In this document: positions 1 through 35,835 of the stretch, piece after piece | Layout: each line of letters begins with the position of its first letter | Position numbering within the stretch: position 1 is the stretch's first letter | Assembly (NCBI GenBank): GCA_964188305.1 | Contig: OZ076886.1 | Reading direction: 5' to 3' (one strand) | Source: Podarcis bocagei | Taxonomy: Eukaryota | DNA: 64,000 nucleotides | Made by a program: the position numbers and the translations under genes | Notes under the pieces: model-generated | What the model saw: only the letters and a program-made list of their open reading frames with translations | Told to the model about the DNA's origin: nothing | Database searches by the model: none

Positions 1-2252
1 CCAAATGATTTTTAACACAAGACTGGCGTTTTGCCAGTTTTTTTCTAAGAAAAAAAATTATAGATCTGGGTCACTTTTGTTTATGTTTTTGGATTTCACA
101 AATACCAAAATTTAAAAATACCTAATGATAAACAAACACCACAATAGCATGAATCACTCACTCACTGCACTATTTTTATTAGTGAAAATACTTCCAAGCT
201 TTCATAAAGACACTGTGTTGTTCAAAAAGCATTTTCAAAATGTACATGATTCAATATTGCTAAAGACCTTTGTGAGGCCATATTAATACAGTAGGAATGA
301 TAAAATATTCTACTGCTATATGTAAAAAAAACACGAAGCCACTTTCATAAGCCTGCCTTAGTCATGAAGCTCACTGAGTGACTTTGGGTTCTCTTTCAGC
401 CTAACATACCTGACAGAGTTGTTCTGAGGGTAAAATTGGAAGGTCAAATAACGATGGCTGCTGCCATGAGCTATCAAAGAAAGCCAAGATAGAAATGCCA
501 TAGGGAGACAGAGAAGGGGGTTTATTGGCAAATGTCAGCCAAAATCCAATAAACTGATGTTACATTTGGCATCTGGGTAAAGTGAAATGGTGAGATCCTA
601 TTAGTGCCTCCTATCTTTAATATGGTATTTTTAAAAATAGAAGAGAATTTCTGTACATCACATGGGTTTGATTAACCGTCCACAAATTCAGCTTTGCACA
701 GAAAAGAATAATACTGAAGAGGGTGTGTTGATTTCTAACTTTTATTTATACAACTATTAGATTTACTATTCTAAGATGCTTCTCTTATACAAAGCATAAT
801 CAGTGAGAACATAAGAGCATAAGAGGTAAACCGATGTTGGACTCCAACTCCCATCAGCCCCTGCCAACATGGTCAGTGGTCAGGGTTGATGGGAGCTATA
901 GTCTAACAACTTCTGGGAACTCACAAGTTCCCAATCTCTGTGCTGTGAGCAGCAGTCCATCACTAGCATCCATACTATAAGTGAAGAGCTTTACATAGTC
1001 GGCATCCAAATCAGTGTTCAAAGTCACACTAATGTGAAATGTATACATGAATCTAATGTTGTTTTTTAGGAAATTCACAATTTTGTTAGACTTTTTCTAT
1101 AAATAGAAACCAGAACACTGCAAACAAATTCTTCGGAAAATGTTCGTTACAACACAACGTCTAATCAGGTCTCTTTCTACATCGGAACAAACAGACTCCT
1201 GTTCCGTCAAGTCATAATACAGAAGGTCACATGATAGCACTTGAGTTTCAGCTGCACCATCTGTTAGCCCTTTAACAGCAATAATACCAAACAGCATACT
1301 AATGAGACTGTATGATATCTCATCAATACTAATATGGCCAATAGTCCATGGTAATTTTCAGAAACCATATATCACTAATGATCTATTTGTGGGCGTGCAA
1401 GCACATATATCTGTACACATTTGTGTAGATATATTGGTGGATGCAGTGTTGTGTACTTCTAGGTCTTTGAGAAACAAAATTATGTGGACAGCCGAGATGA
1501 TTTTATACTCACGTAGGAGGACTTGCAATATATTGATGGAAAGTCAGGAAATTAACAGAGTAAAATAGCTTTGCTTCTCAGCTGCCTCTCCTAAAATGTG
1601 ATTATAGACATTTACAGGTGAGGCCTGACTCTTATTCAATCTCTTCTTACAAGCATATTTTAAGTGCTATTTGCATTCATTTTCCAGAATCTGGCAGGTA
1701 GGAAGTATAAACGGTTAGCTTGAAGCATTTGAGTGCAAAAAAATGTGCCTGTTCAATACAAAGGCCTGTCCATAAAAACATATGGGGTGTATAAGTGGAG
1801 TGCACTGTATTGCTGTACATCTACTGCTGTTTTTCTCAGCCCTCATTAGAGAAATGTAGCAAGAATTTGGCTCAACTACAGTGTATTAATGAGATTGAAG
1901 TAAGTAACAGAAGCAACATGCACTGATGAAACTAGCACCTCCAGTGATTCACCATGTGAGTGCAATGCAACAGGTAATTGCCCAGTCACTATGATGGATA
2001 TATAGCTTCCTTGGTTTGACCAGTTAATGACTTCAATTACACAACACCTGATACTTCTTGAGGAATTGATTGTGTGGTCTCCAGAACACTGAAGCACAAT
2101 TACTTCAGAGTTAAGGCTTTCTGTGAAAGCCAAACTTAACAAGATATGCACACTGATTACCTCCTTGGGAGCAGTATGATACAGCAGGGAATAAAGTGGA
2201 TTCACTCTTGCTTTGTGAGTTAGAGGCGCTTCCATTTGCCCTGTCTATTCAG

Positions 2253-2520
2253 CATAGAATCGTAGAAGAGCTGGAAGAGACCCTAGGGTCATCTAGTCCA
2301 ACCCCCACAATGCAGGAATCTCAGCTAAAGCAGCCATGACAGGTGGTCATCCAAGCTCTAATTAAAAACCTCCAAGGAAGGAGAGTCCACCACCTCTCAT
2401 GGAAGTTTGTTGCACTGCCAAGCAACTCTTACTGTCAGAAAGTTTTTCTGAATGTTTGGTCGGAATCTCCTTGCTTGTAACTTGAAGCCATTGGTTTGAG
2501 TTGTGCCCTCCAGTCCAGAG
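2253..2520 (-). mobile_element. CR1 LINE 3' fragment
   Basis: catagaatc...ggtcatctagtccaaccc...ggagagtccaccacc...cttactgtcagaaagttttt, typical of an antisense CR1 3' end. Confidence 0.75.
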
Positions 2521-5185
2521 TATCATCCTGATTTCCTTGAACACAGCTGGTGTGTAGGTTATATATGGTGTTTGCTCTTGATTGAGCATTCATCCTGACT
2601 TGCTTGCATAGAGGTTACACATCTTTCTGTCAATCAAAAATTATCCCACACTTTCTAATGCATTTTTCTGCAGGGGCAGTGCATCCCATTTCACTGCTTG
2701 AGACATAACTGGACGTGCTGCCCAGTCCTGCCCCCACCTCCACCACCAGAAAAGTGGTACCAATTTCTGGTGAGATCTTCCAAGATTTAGATGCCATGTC
2801 AGCGCCAGTGCCAGAGGCGGCGGGGCACCCATAGATGTACTGCCTCGGGGGCTTCTGCCACTTTGTGGTTGGGCCAAGCCTGTGTCTGTGTCATTTTTGT
2901 GACTAAATCCCTCCTGCAAAATAGTGGCAGTCTGGAGGTGACCTAGAAACATGGCCCTCACCCACTGGGTAAGCCTTCTTATTAGGTTTATTTTAAGACC
3001 TATTTAGCATTACATGAGTTAAGGTGAAGATGGCCTGACTGTTCCCATTGCCTTCTCTGTGTTGGACAAGAGAAGAGGGTCTACAGCAGAAAGCCAGCTG
3101 TATTTGTGTAGGCTTCCTGGTATGGAACTTTTCCTCCAACGACTGGAGGGTGGCCGGGCCAGCAAGGGGGAGGCAAAAGGAAGAGCTGGGGTCAACTAGC
3201 ATGTTCCCACTCTCCCCTCATTGCATGAGCCCCTTAATGCCTGAATATTCATTCAGCAGTTTTCACAAAAGCCCCGTATGTAGGTGATTTTTTCTCCCAG
3301 TGTTGTCAGCTGTGAGAAACCCTTAAGGAGCTACCATAAACTGTGATTGGCAAACTCAGTAACTCAGAAAGTGCAATGGTGTGCTGTCATGAGCCCTCTA
3401 AATGAACGTCCGCCTTTACTTTTTACTCCTGAGAGGCAGTGAGGAATGAGGCCAGGCACACTCTCACTCTCTCCATCCTTAGCCATTAGCTACTGGCAAT
3501 GCAAAGCCAGCAAGTGAAAAATGTTCACAAGAACTTCGCAGCTGCAGCTCTTGGAAAGCTTCCAGAGACAGAAGTATACTGGCATAATGCCAAACACAGA
3601 ACTGTTATTTGCAGCAGGATCTGTGTAATAAATAATTCTCCGTCTTTTATATACTTGCCGGCATGCAAACACACGCTCTGGGGAGGCAATCCTGATAGAC
3701 AACAACCCATTAGAAGTGTGGGGTCTGTAAGAGCACAAATTATCACCTGGGTGGGGTTGTTTTTTAAGAGAGAGAGGATACAAGTCTGTACTGAAAATAC
3801 ATCCCCTTCTACAGTCTAGAGTTAGCCCCTATCAATCTATATGAAGGATGTACTTTCCTATCCAAAGCATGGCTGTCCACCTTGTTCTCTTTTTGCTGTG
3901 GGTGAAGAGTGGTTCTCTGTTACTGTCCAGAGAACGTCTGTGCACTATGGAATATTGATTTGTTCCACAAATGAAACAGGTCCTCGGGGTTTTCTCTTGT
4001 GCATTCCTTCTCCACTCACTACTATCATGTCCCCCATTTCCTTGAAGTGTGAAGCTTCATGGGAGAAGTAGCTTTCAAATTCAGTAACATTCAAAAATGA
4101 AGCCAAATGGCACACCAGAAATTTTGTCCAGGTGAGTATTGTTATTCCTCTCTTGCAAAAGGACAATAACAAAGGGAGTCCCACGTGCAAAGTTACAGTT
4201 CAATTCATGCAAGAAACTGAGCCATCTTGCCTCAAAGCTCATTGCCTCCTAAGCACAGCCCTTCATACTCCAGTCACCAAGTGCTTAATCTGCCGCTTTT
4301 CTCCTTTGCGTTATGGTCCTGCTCACTTTACCAGTGCTCCTGGGTGCACAGTTGAATCAGAAGGCATTGCCTATGTGTTTGCATGTCTGTGTATACATCA
4401 ACACATGGTGAATGCAGTTTGGACAGTTGTTGCTGCTAGTCTGTCTGCCTACTGGATTACAGTGTGCTCCACTTATATTCTTCCTGCTTTGTTCAATAAG
4501 CCTGGGAATGGATGAGGAGAAAGGACACTTTCTAAAGGAAACACAGAGTTCCCAGTCCCATGTCTGCCTCATAAGACTCGTGCAAGGTTGAGGTGCATAT
4601 CTGCATATAAAAAGTAGTGGTGGGCTTGATCCTTCCCGACAACTACTCTCGCCTGCCTCCTAAGACCACTGAAAGGAGAGAGATTTGGCGACTGGGTGTG
4701 GATAGAGGGAGCAGATGAAGGAGTAAACATCTCCTCTTCCTTTTGATTCTCTTTTGTAAATGCCCAGCGCTCGCATTATTATTAACAACTGCTAACACAT
4801 GTTTGGGAAAACTCGGATGCGCCGTGCTAACTTGTAGTTCTTTCCATCCTCAGTCCATTGCTCTTTAGGGTTAGAGTCAGAAATAATTATTTGTGGTGAA
4901 ACAGTTAAAGCCAATGTAGGAAGCAGTAAATGTACTGTAGGGAAAGCATACAAAGAAGGAACCTCAGAATGATTGTTCAAAATGAGCATAGCAAGTTGAT
5001 TGGCTGGACTAGTCTCAATGAAAAAGATTTAGGCCTGCATAAAGTGGCACATTATATAAGTGACTTGCGCTGTGTATACATCTTTCATTTGTAGACAGCC
5101 ATGGCTCATCCTTGTATCTTTCTATTTTGTTTATTTGGGGATGCACTTGCTCCTTAGGGAGAACCTAACACAAGCGAGTTAAGGA

Positions 5186-5484
5186 TAGGGATGGGAGATA
5201 TTCAATTCAGTTCCCATTTAAAGGCAAACCTACCTAATTTTGCAGTGCAGTTCTCCAGCCAAGTAATGTGTGCAAAAAGGTACGTATTAGAGAAAAAGTG
5301 GGTCCATAAATACATAGATTAGTGAAAATATCACAAAATGCATTCTATTTTGGGAAACTGCTTTGCAAAAATGTAGGCAAAATTGCATACAAAAATATAT
5401 ATGTATTAGAAATTTGCACTAAAATGCTGATAAATTTTCATTGGCACTTGGGGGGCGGGATCTCAAACAGATGTGGAAATGTGG
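5186..5484. mobile_element. Degenerate non-autonomous DNA transposon (hAT-like; right end ~5544)
   Basis: Inverted ends tagggatggg / cccatctcta; no clean TSD. Confidence 0.4.
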
Positions 5485-7232
5485 AGACCCGAACTCAAGA
5501 TTTGAAAAATGAGAAACTGAAATTGACACATTCGCCCATCTCTAGTCAGAGTTAGTTTCATTTAGGAGGCAGGAATATTATTCTCAAAGACAAAAAAAGT
5601 CATGCTTCTTTGACTACAGTGTTGTATCATTCATAATGCCTGTATCCCAGAAACCTAAATTGCATTAGCTTGTAATGGAAGCCAGTGTGGTATAAATACA
5701 ATCAGACATCATTATCCAGTATTGTGGCTTCATGGGGAGCTATGTGCTTTACAGCCAGAGGGCTTCATCTTCCATCTAGACTCTTATGTAGCCCTTGACC
5801 TTAAGAAGGTTGCCCACCACTGCTCTAGAGAGAGCTGCTACTACTGGAAATGCCACTAGGATTAATAGAGGCATTAGTTGTATCACCTTTGAATCCTAAG
5901 TTTCCCACTGTGGGATCTCATTACATACATGAAGGAGTCATATTTATTTAGCTGTGTTTAAAAAGAGACCAAAGAAACCAGAGTTAAATGAAGCTGTGAC
6001 CAAATGTAGATAAAATGATGGATAAGAAGAAAACCTATTTCTAGAACTGCACAGGTGAAACTGCAGTCCCCCATACCCGTTTTCCAAAGCTGTATATAAA
6101 ACTATAACCATCCTGATTACCAAAGTTTCCATTTTTGTCGAACAGTACCTGTTTATAAACAGAAGCTTTTTTTTTCTTACGAGAGCTGTAAAGCTTCTGT
6201 AGAGGCCATATTGAAAATCAGAATAAAGGACAGTTCTGGAACGTCACAATAATAGATGAGCTTGAAGGAAAGAAGGCCTTCTTTTGCCACAGTCTTTCTA
6301 AACCTAAAGGAGTTCAAGCGAGTATCATGGTTAATTAAGCTACCTTCCCTACAGCAACCTTCTCCAACCTGATACCCTCCAAAGGTTTTAGACTACAACT
6401 CCCAACAACCCCAGCCAGCATGGAGGGCACCGGGTTGGGGAATTAAAGGAATTTACTTAAACAACTGAATTCTTAGAATAGCAGCGCAATTGCTACACAA
6501 ATCCAGAAGAGAAGCAGCCACAGTATTCATAGAGTTCTTCTTGTTTCAGATGGTGATGGGTGGCATCAGTCAATCTGTGAATGCCACAGATTTTTATATG
6601 GTCATTAAATTCCCCAGACTGCCTACTATTCCTTCATAGATCAGCCCCACATTATTTAATAGTCTTCTAATATTCTTGAGAGGCACTATAATAGCAGTGT
6701 GGGAAACCCAAATGCCACCTTTATTGAGCACAGTGCCATCTAATTTATCTGTAAGCCACTTGGGGGGAAAGGCAGGAGATAAATAATGATTACAATCTGT
6801 ATCCACTTGTGTTCCAAATTGAGCCCAAGTCATACAGAACAGCGTATGAGTATCTTCGATATGAAGATCTGTTTTTAAGATATTTTGGGTTTTTACACGT
6901 ATCCTTTTCCACACTTACTTCCTCCTCCTCACATCCCCACGTTTAAATGCATTTGTACAAATAGATTTCAAGTGCACACAAGTACTGATGTCTCACACAG
7001 CCTTGCTCATGGACAGGACAAATATCTTTACAGGAATCCCCCACCACTCCTATCTCAAACATGTATGCAGACAGTATTGAAAGTGTTCTCTTAGGCACAA
7101 CAGCAACATGACTGGGTAACAGCCTCACCTACGTTGCACACAAAGTCATGATTATAGCAGTTCTGAGAGGAAGAAAACTGACAGTAACTTTTTCATCCTT
7201 CCAAACGACAAATCTTTTCATCGTAATCCCAG

Positions 7233-28641
<21,409 letters not shown>

Positions 28642-31600
28642 AACATCCATTTAGTCTAGCCCATTCATTTTTGCTTTGTGCACCATCTCCATTCCCTCCA
28701 GACTTGCCAGAAGAGGGCAGCTGCCTAGTCCCATCAACTCTGGTTACACCTTGGCACTCACTCATGAGGACCTTCTCTTTCGTCATTCAGAAGTCCAGAA
28801 GCTATTCTCATTGTTTTGTTTCCTGCCATCCTCTCCTTGCCCTTCCAGTGTCTCTGCACAGCAGGTTGTGCAGGTTGAGCTCTGAGCAAGACTTTGGGAA
28901 GCACGAACCATTGCGACTTTCTCCACACAGTGAACATCCTTGAGCTTTGATTCATTGCTCCCCTTTCCACCCATTGAGCTGTGGCCAAATAACAAAGAAC
29001 AGTGGCCTCGTAAGTTTTTTTTCCCCCATTGAATCCATGGAATTCTGGGAAGACCTTTGCCAGTTTTCATCAGGATATCTCTTGACATTTTATTGTCTTA
29101 AAAGTATTTAATCAACAATGCTGACAAATTGCTATTCTGTTTGAAACAATTTACTTTCCCATCCCAATCATGCAAACAGCAGCAACAACAAAATTATTCA
29201 ATAGAACAGGAAAAACAATGGTATATTCTTGCCAAATTGGTTCTGTAGTCTAGTTTAACTTTTCAGCCAATTTAAATGGCTTATTAAACTCAAAAGTAAT
29301 CCTAGGATGTCACCACGGCATCTCCATCCCACCCAGCCCGCTCTGTGTTTTCAAAGGCCATCGCTGCTGAATCTTTCATTAGTTAGATCCCATCTCAAAT
29401 CAATTTTTAAATTATTATTTTTAGCTTGAGGATTTTAATCTAGATCGTTTTACATCTAATTTCCAAGCATTTTATCCTGACAAATTATAGTATTTGTTGT
29501 CAGCAACAAAGACACAGAAGAGAAAAAAGAAAATTGACTTGAATTTTATGGTCAGTATTATTTATTTAAACTAACTCACACCATACTGAGAGGACTTGGA
29601 GAGCAAGCAGGGGAGAAGGAAGTGTGTGAAGATCCTTAGGCATACTAGTAACCCATACATGGTTGAAGGTCACAGTGGCTCTCGCTGTCTTTAGCAAAAT
29701 GAATAGCAAGACAGAGTATTTCTAGTGGGCACGAAACAGCCAAAACCCAGCAGTCCCTGGCTTCATTTTTTTCCTTGCCAAGCCTGTTCCCTGCGTGGCC
29801 CATAAAAGTTTAAGTCCATCAAGAAAACAAGATGATCTCTTCTGCTCCCCCAAATCACTGTGAAGACTTCATTTTGGGATTTTTGCAGCATTCTACCCTT
29901 GAGGTGGACAAAGGGTGGAGTTGGCCAAGATAAAGATGACCTTCTTCCCAGTTCACACTGTCCCTTTTCTTCTAAAGGAAATTGTCCACCATGATTGGCA
30001 GCAACAATTTGTGCCAAACCAAGAAGGTGATAGCTAAAGGTTTTCTTCCTGGACTTTGTGCAGAAAACTGACTGCACCTTTAGAGTCCCCTCCATCCATC
30101 CAGTATTGGAATCACAGTGGTGGGCAATGGGCCACAACTAGAGCTCTAAAAGCAGATGTTTTGCAGACAGCTAATTGTCTCCAGTGTCCATGCAGAGAAA
30201 GGTGAAAGAACTCTGCATCGTAGTGAAGGTCATGATGACACCTGCCATTCACCTCAAACCCACAGAACACTTCAGATGACTTTGCAGGTACATATTTCAT
30301 GGCTGGGAGGATTATTACTGAAAGCAGCGACATATACTGTTGGAGGTTTGAAAACAGGAGTAAAACTTGAATTCATCACCCAGTCTCCGCAAAAGCTGCT
30401 TGCTGTTGAGGGCAGGTTATCCAGTTTTGTGCCTGTTATTTCTGCACATACAGTGATAAACATACCTTGCCACTTAATGAAAGCTTTTTCAGTCCCCAGA
30501 GAACTCAAAGATTTCTTTCTCTTCAGCCAAATATCCCCTCATGCATTGCCTCTGTACTCAGAGTAGCCAGCAAAGTGGGAAGGATCCTGTCTTGCTTCTG
30601 CTGTGGGTGATGTCAGAGCCACAATCACATATTGGGCAATATGAAGAGCAGCAGCACAATGCAACAGTGTAATGCAACTCCATCAGAAGGTAGCGGTTAA
30701 GTGCGCTGTCAATAACTCTGATGGCATTTCCTTGCAGCACAATGTGATGTGATAGGAGGATGAAATGTCGTGCATATCTTGGTGCACCTCATTTTGACTT
30801 CACATGCTCATTTCCTCAACCAAAATTCTCTTTCCAGTTAATCCAAATCCTGGCATACAACCTATTGTGATTAATTACAATGTTGTGAATTCCATTTGCC
30901 TTGTTAAAAGGAATTCTAGAAAGCAAATAACGGTGGGATGGTTACTTGAACCTGTACGTTTCTAGGCAAAGAAAGCTTGCTCAACAATGTGTGTGAATGG
31001 GAACTTTCTGTAACCTTGGTTTGGTGCTTCAGTACTGAGCCAAAATTTTAGAGAAAGTCTCTTGGAAAGAATGTAGCATGCCAAACTCCTATGCTGGTTA
31101 CATCACAATTTATTGTGCAGATTCTGGTGGCCCCACTGTTAAGGTGTTTCATTGCAAGGCAAATGGCAGGAACCCCTTTAAAAACCTGATTCGTCTTGGG
31201 AGGTTTTGATTCACCCAAACAGTCCCAAAGAACATGCTGCAATGCACTACATGTGTATCTTCAGAGAAAGCTGAAAATGGATTTTTGCGCTCCTGGTCTG
31301 GTCTGGTTTGAATGGGGGTAAAAAGCAGGTCACTGCTGTCATATGCAAGGTAGTAGTACAATGTAAATACATGAAAGAGGTAACTTTGTTGTAGAAAAAA
31401 AATCATTTGAGAGATCTGGAAGCAAACCTTTAGCACACACATTGAGGTGCATTTGCTTTCTTTCTAGTGATCCTTGTTCTTGAGATCAGAAATAGTTTCT
31501 TAACCTTTCAAAAACCAGCTCTGTCCCAAATCCAGTCTACATACCCCCTCTCCTGTCCTGCACCAAATGCCCTATGTTCCAGAACCTTTTTCTCCAGGTC

Positions 31601-34600
31601 TCCCACTGTTCTTCCCCAAGCTGACTTATATACACAATGATACCACTGGTGCTAAGGTTAATAGTTTTGCTTCATTGGCCTTGTGTAGATTTCTAGAGAA
31701 GCAAACTGGGAAGTTACAAATAGCTCCAACTCTACCAGAAACACAGTAGAGAGAGACAGAACCATTACTCCTTGAGTAGACTTCCAGTAATAATCAAGTG
31801 TACTAGTTGTGGGTACAGTCCCAGTATCTTGCTAGTCTCTTCTGAGCAGAGACTGCCAAATTGTGCCAAATTGTGTGATTGTTTTTTGTGGTGTGAGCAA
31901 CTGTCTATGGTGTGCTTGGCTGAAATCCCCCAGGTTCATTCCCACTTTGGTCTGACTAAAAGCATAGTCTTCCCTGACGCCACTTTGTCTGTGACTGTTT
32001 GGCTAGTGCTCTGGAGCCACCATATGTTCATAGGGTGTACTTCATTAGTAGGGGAGATTCAGGGATGGAGAAAGCTGGAGCACAGATTGGGATATGGCAG
32101 TGCCTGTCAGCTGAATGAGAGATGGTTTCATAAAAAGCGCCTTGCCCCACTTTGGAGCACTTTAGACCACAAACAGTATGGCTACTACTTCTCGGTTGGC
32201 TGCTATCTCACAGTCACTCAATACTGGTTTACTATCCACTGGGATCAAATCAAGGTCTTTGTGTTGGTGTTTGAACTGTGACTGATCCCCTTAGAGAGGT
32301 GGTTTTCAAACTTGTACACGGCTAACAGAGCCTCATTACAAATTTTCCAAGCATATTCCACCGTTCATTTATATCGGCAGCAGTGCTGGGAAGGTTAGGG
32401 TCATGCCCAATAATGGAAATAAAGAAATAATAATAGCAACAGCTCAGTGTTTTGCATCCATAATTCGTACAGCTATAGCTTAAAATCGCCATCATTCCTC
32501 CCCTGGTGTGAACCTGTTTCCAGCCACTTCGCTGCAAAAAAGGCATATATACCACTGATTTGACCACAAATTCAATTCTCGGGCCTGCCCCTCCCCCACC
32601 TTCAGGTGGGATATCCACTTTTAAAAATTTATATTTTAAAACATATGCATCTTTCTGCAGTTAACCCCCCCTTTTAAATTTAATGTAGAAACTGTGTTTT
32701 AAAGGTTGAAATGTTGACATGATTTTGGAGCATCAGTGGTTCCAGCCAACCAGGCTATGCACAACTAGCTTCTGCTCCAACCATGTAGAGATAGTTTCCC
32801 TGAGCTCTACCCAGGTAAGAAAACAATACACCTGAACAAAGTACAGTAAGCAGGCAAGGGCAGATTTAGGGCAGTGTGAGCAGTGCGGCCGCACTGGACA
32901 CACATCTCAGAAAGGTGCCTTCTCAAAGCCCAGTAAGCACTTGCCCAGCTTCAGGAAGGGCTCTGACAGGGTTCCAAGAGTCCTCCTGCCTCCTTCCCAA
33001 AGCCAGGCAAGTGCTTACCATGCTTTAGGAAGGAGGTAGGAAGATTCCAGGACCCTGTCAGAGCCTCGCGCCTCCAGCCTTGTATAGGGACAGGGTGGCT
33101 TATTACCAATGTCCCTCCCTGAAGCAGGCTTACACAGGTGGTTCAGCACTCAAATCCTATACATCTGTATGCACCCTAAGGTTTTTTAAAAAAGCTGCTC
33201 TACTTCTCACATGTGGTTACCACTGGTAACAAAGTTGAGAGACAGAAAGATGTGTAGGTGCTGCTGGGGGGTGGGCAGGAACAGCTGTGCTGGGTCAGAG
33301 CAAAGGACTGTATAGTTGAGCGTCCTGTTTCTCAGTGGCAAAGCACATCAATTCAGTAGCACTCTTCCACTGATGTCCCCCGGCGACTGGTATGCCGAGT
33401 CATCTTGCATCTAATACTGGAGGTAATACGGAAGAGTTTCTCAAGATCCATTCTAGCCATGACGTGCTAGCAGTTGTTCAACATTGTCCCAATGTTGTAG
33501 TCTCCCAGTGACATAGTCTCCCAGTGACATGCAGTGGTTCTGATGACCGCTACCTAAACTTGTGGAACTCTTGTTTTCCTACTAGCTTAGATTTCAGTGA
33601 ATCCTTGCTGGTGATGCTGGCATTTGTTCAACTGAAACTGTAGTGCATTAAGCCTCCAGTCTACCTTATGGAGATTAGCTTTGCCTGTTTCTGCATTTCC
33701 ATGCAGCACATCTATCCTTGTTACAGCTTATAGACCTTCCCAGCACCTGGCTTTGGTCTCCCTGTCAGAGAGGAGTGAAGAATGATGAACAGAGAATGTT
33801 GGAGATGGAAAGGAAGATGTCCAGTAGCCCAACAGCAGGCAGAGCACAGATTGCAACACAGCACATTTTCCACTTGGAGTACTTCCCCACATTACACCTG
33901 GATACCAGGGCATTCAGCCTCTTGACTGACTGGTCAGGAGATCAGTACCAGATGTGATGGAGATGCTGCACTGCTCCCACACCATTCATTTCTATTTGTG
34001 GAAGCCATGTTAGATGTCACTGGGTCAGAGCTAAGGCAAAAGGGAACTGGGGTGGAAGACCCTCTTTCCTATCATACAGTCCAACAGCACCCCTCCCTCA
34101 CATTTTTCACAATGGTTATATGAATGAAACAAAGGCCTTGTTTCTCTAGGTTTCAAAGCCAAAGCAGGCAAGTATTTGGATGGTGAACTTTTCCTAAGAT
34201 GAGAAAATGTTGCCCTATTTTCAATGCAAGTGGATGATTCCTTTTTATTTTTAAGGTTGTTGTTTGTGCATGAGTTGATGGCATCCCAATATGTGCAAGT
34301 CTGAAGATGGGTAGAAGTTGTGCTGGTTTATTCCCCTGCCGCAGTAGTGATATTTGCCATTTTAAGAATGAGATCTCCTGGTGTTATGTATAAATGAGTG
34401 TACAAGACTGATCTACGCAACAACTAGCTCTTTCCAAATAGCTTAGAAATATAAACCAGGGCTGGGAAACCCATTCCCAGCACAACTCAGATTATCTGTA
34501 GGGTGTCCTAGAGTCCCCCTAGGTCAGAACTATGCCCCCACCAGTCAGAATCACCCATGGGTTGCCTGTAAGTCTGTCTCCATTTCAGCTTTGTCTGCTG

Positions 34601-35835
34601 ACAGATGGAGATGGTACAAGGACAAATAGATTGAGGGAAGCCAAGAGCATGATGGGGTTGCTTGCCTTTTATCTCTAACGTAGAAAAATGGATAACCTCG
34701 CAAATCATAGTAACCTATCTTATAATAGGAAAGGAATGGAAATAGCTTCCCAAGCTCTTAGAATGAAGAAATAGTTTCTGGGAGCATAAAATTGGAGAGC
34801 CTAAAGGAATTTTACCATGAAGTACTATATCTGAAATCGGCACGGAAAGACGCAGAGAAACAGCAAGGAGATTGTGTGTGCTATTGTGAACTTGGGTTGA
34901 CCATCAAGGTGATTTTCTGAATCCTGGAGAGGACCTTGAAGGAGAATGAAGCTGTACAAGATGAGAGTCTGTAGGGAGCAGTAGACTTGCCCAGTACAGG
35001 AAAGTCTGTAGAATGGAGAAGCCTGTAAAATCTTTTGAGATTGCTGGTCATTCCCAATAAGGCATCCTCCTAGCAGATCCCAAAGGGCTGAGTGAAGGCT
35101 AGTTCAGGCTTCCCTATGTCCCGGTCGCATGTGACTAGCAGTACTGGTGAGACATAGCAATGATTCAACCCACCTCACATGCTTTGTCCATTTTAAAATC
35201 CATTTGAGCAAAACAATTTGTGGTAGGGTAGGTGGGTGGGAAAGGGAGGGGGGTCCATGAAAACCCTGAACATGGTCTTGGAAGTTTGACTCCAGAGCCA
35301 AGCGGGCAGGGAGGAGATTCACTAATAATGACAAGGTTGATTAAAGGTCATTTTGCTTGTAGCTTTTTCAGTGTGTGTTTGGTTATGTCTATGGGAACTG
35401 TGCTTTGACCAGATGGCTGGCTCTGTGTTACCAGGAGTGTGTGTAAATCTGTAGTCTAGTCGGGTGCTGCTCATTTGAGAAAAATGGAAAAAAACAAATA
35501 TACATAATTATAAATATATATATATTATATTATATTTTAAGTTAAAAAACAAAAGGGAAAAAAGCAAAACATGAAGTAGCTGTCCTTATAGCTGCTGGGA
35601 TCCAATTCCTAACATTCTTCATCTGAAAGTTTTGTTCCCCCTACTAATTCAAAAAGGGTTGTTTTTTTTAATTATTATTTGAATCTCTTTTTTGTTGTAC
35701 AGAAGAGTTGGAAAATTTTAAAAAAGACTAAAATCTTTGTAAAATATTGTGTGCGTGATTCCTTGTAAAATATTTTAAAATTGTTTATTACAGAGGATCA
35801 GTTATTAAATAATGTTCATATTTTCACTTCAAATG
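28642..35835 (+). other. Probable long CACNA2D2 3'UTR ending near ATTAAA at 35804-35809
   Basis: Repeat-poor region; AU-rich terminal block (tgtaaaatatt twice, gttATTAAAtaatgttcatattttcacttc) followed by GU/U-rich downstream sequence. The end point is inferred. Confidence 0.6.

Noticed and set aside
1688-1697. Possible 10-nt microexon (tttccag|aatctggcag|gtagga) with upstream TGC
   Set aside because: It would shift the frame and has no homology support; such motif pairs occur by chance.
4350-4380. VESEGIAYVF, resembling the expected upstream CACNA2D2 exon (FESEGHVFIAPR)
   Set aside because: Only a 4-residue match, with no suitable splice sites; the true exon probably lies before the window.
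6899-6908. Additional GTATCCTT U12-like donors (6899, 8264, 9112, 18445, 53439)
   Set aside because: None follows a recognisable exon.
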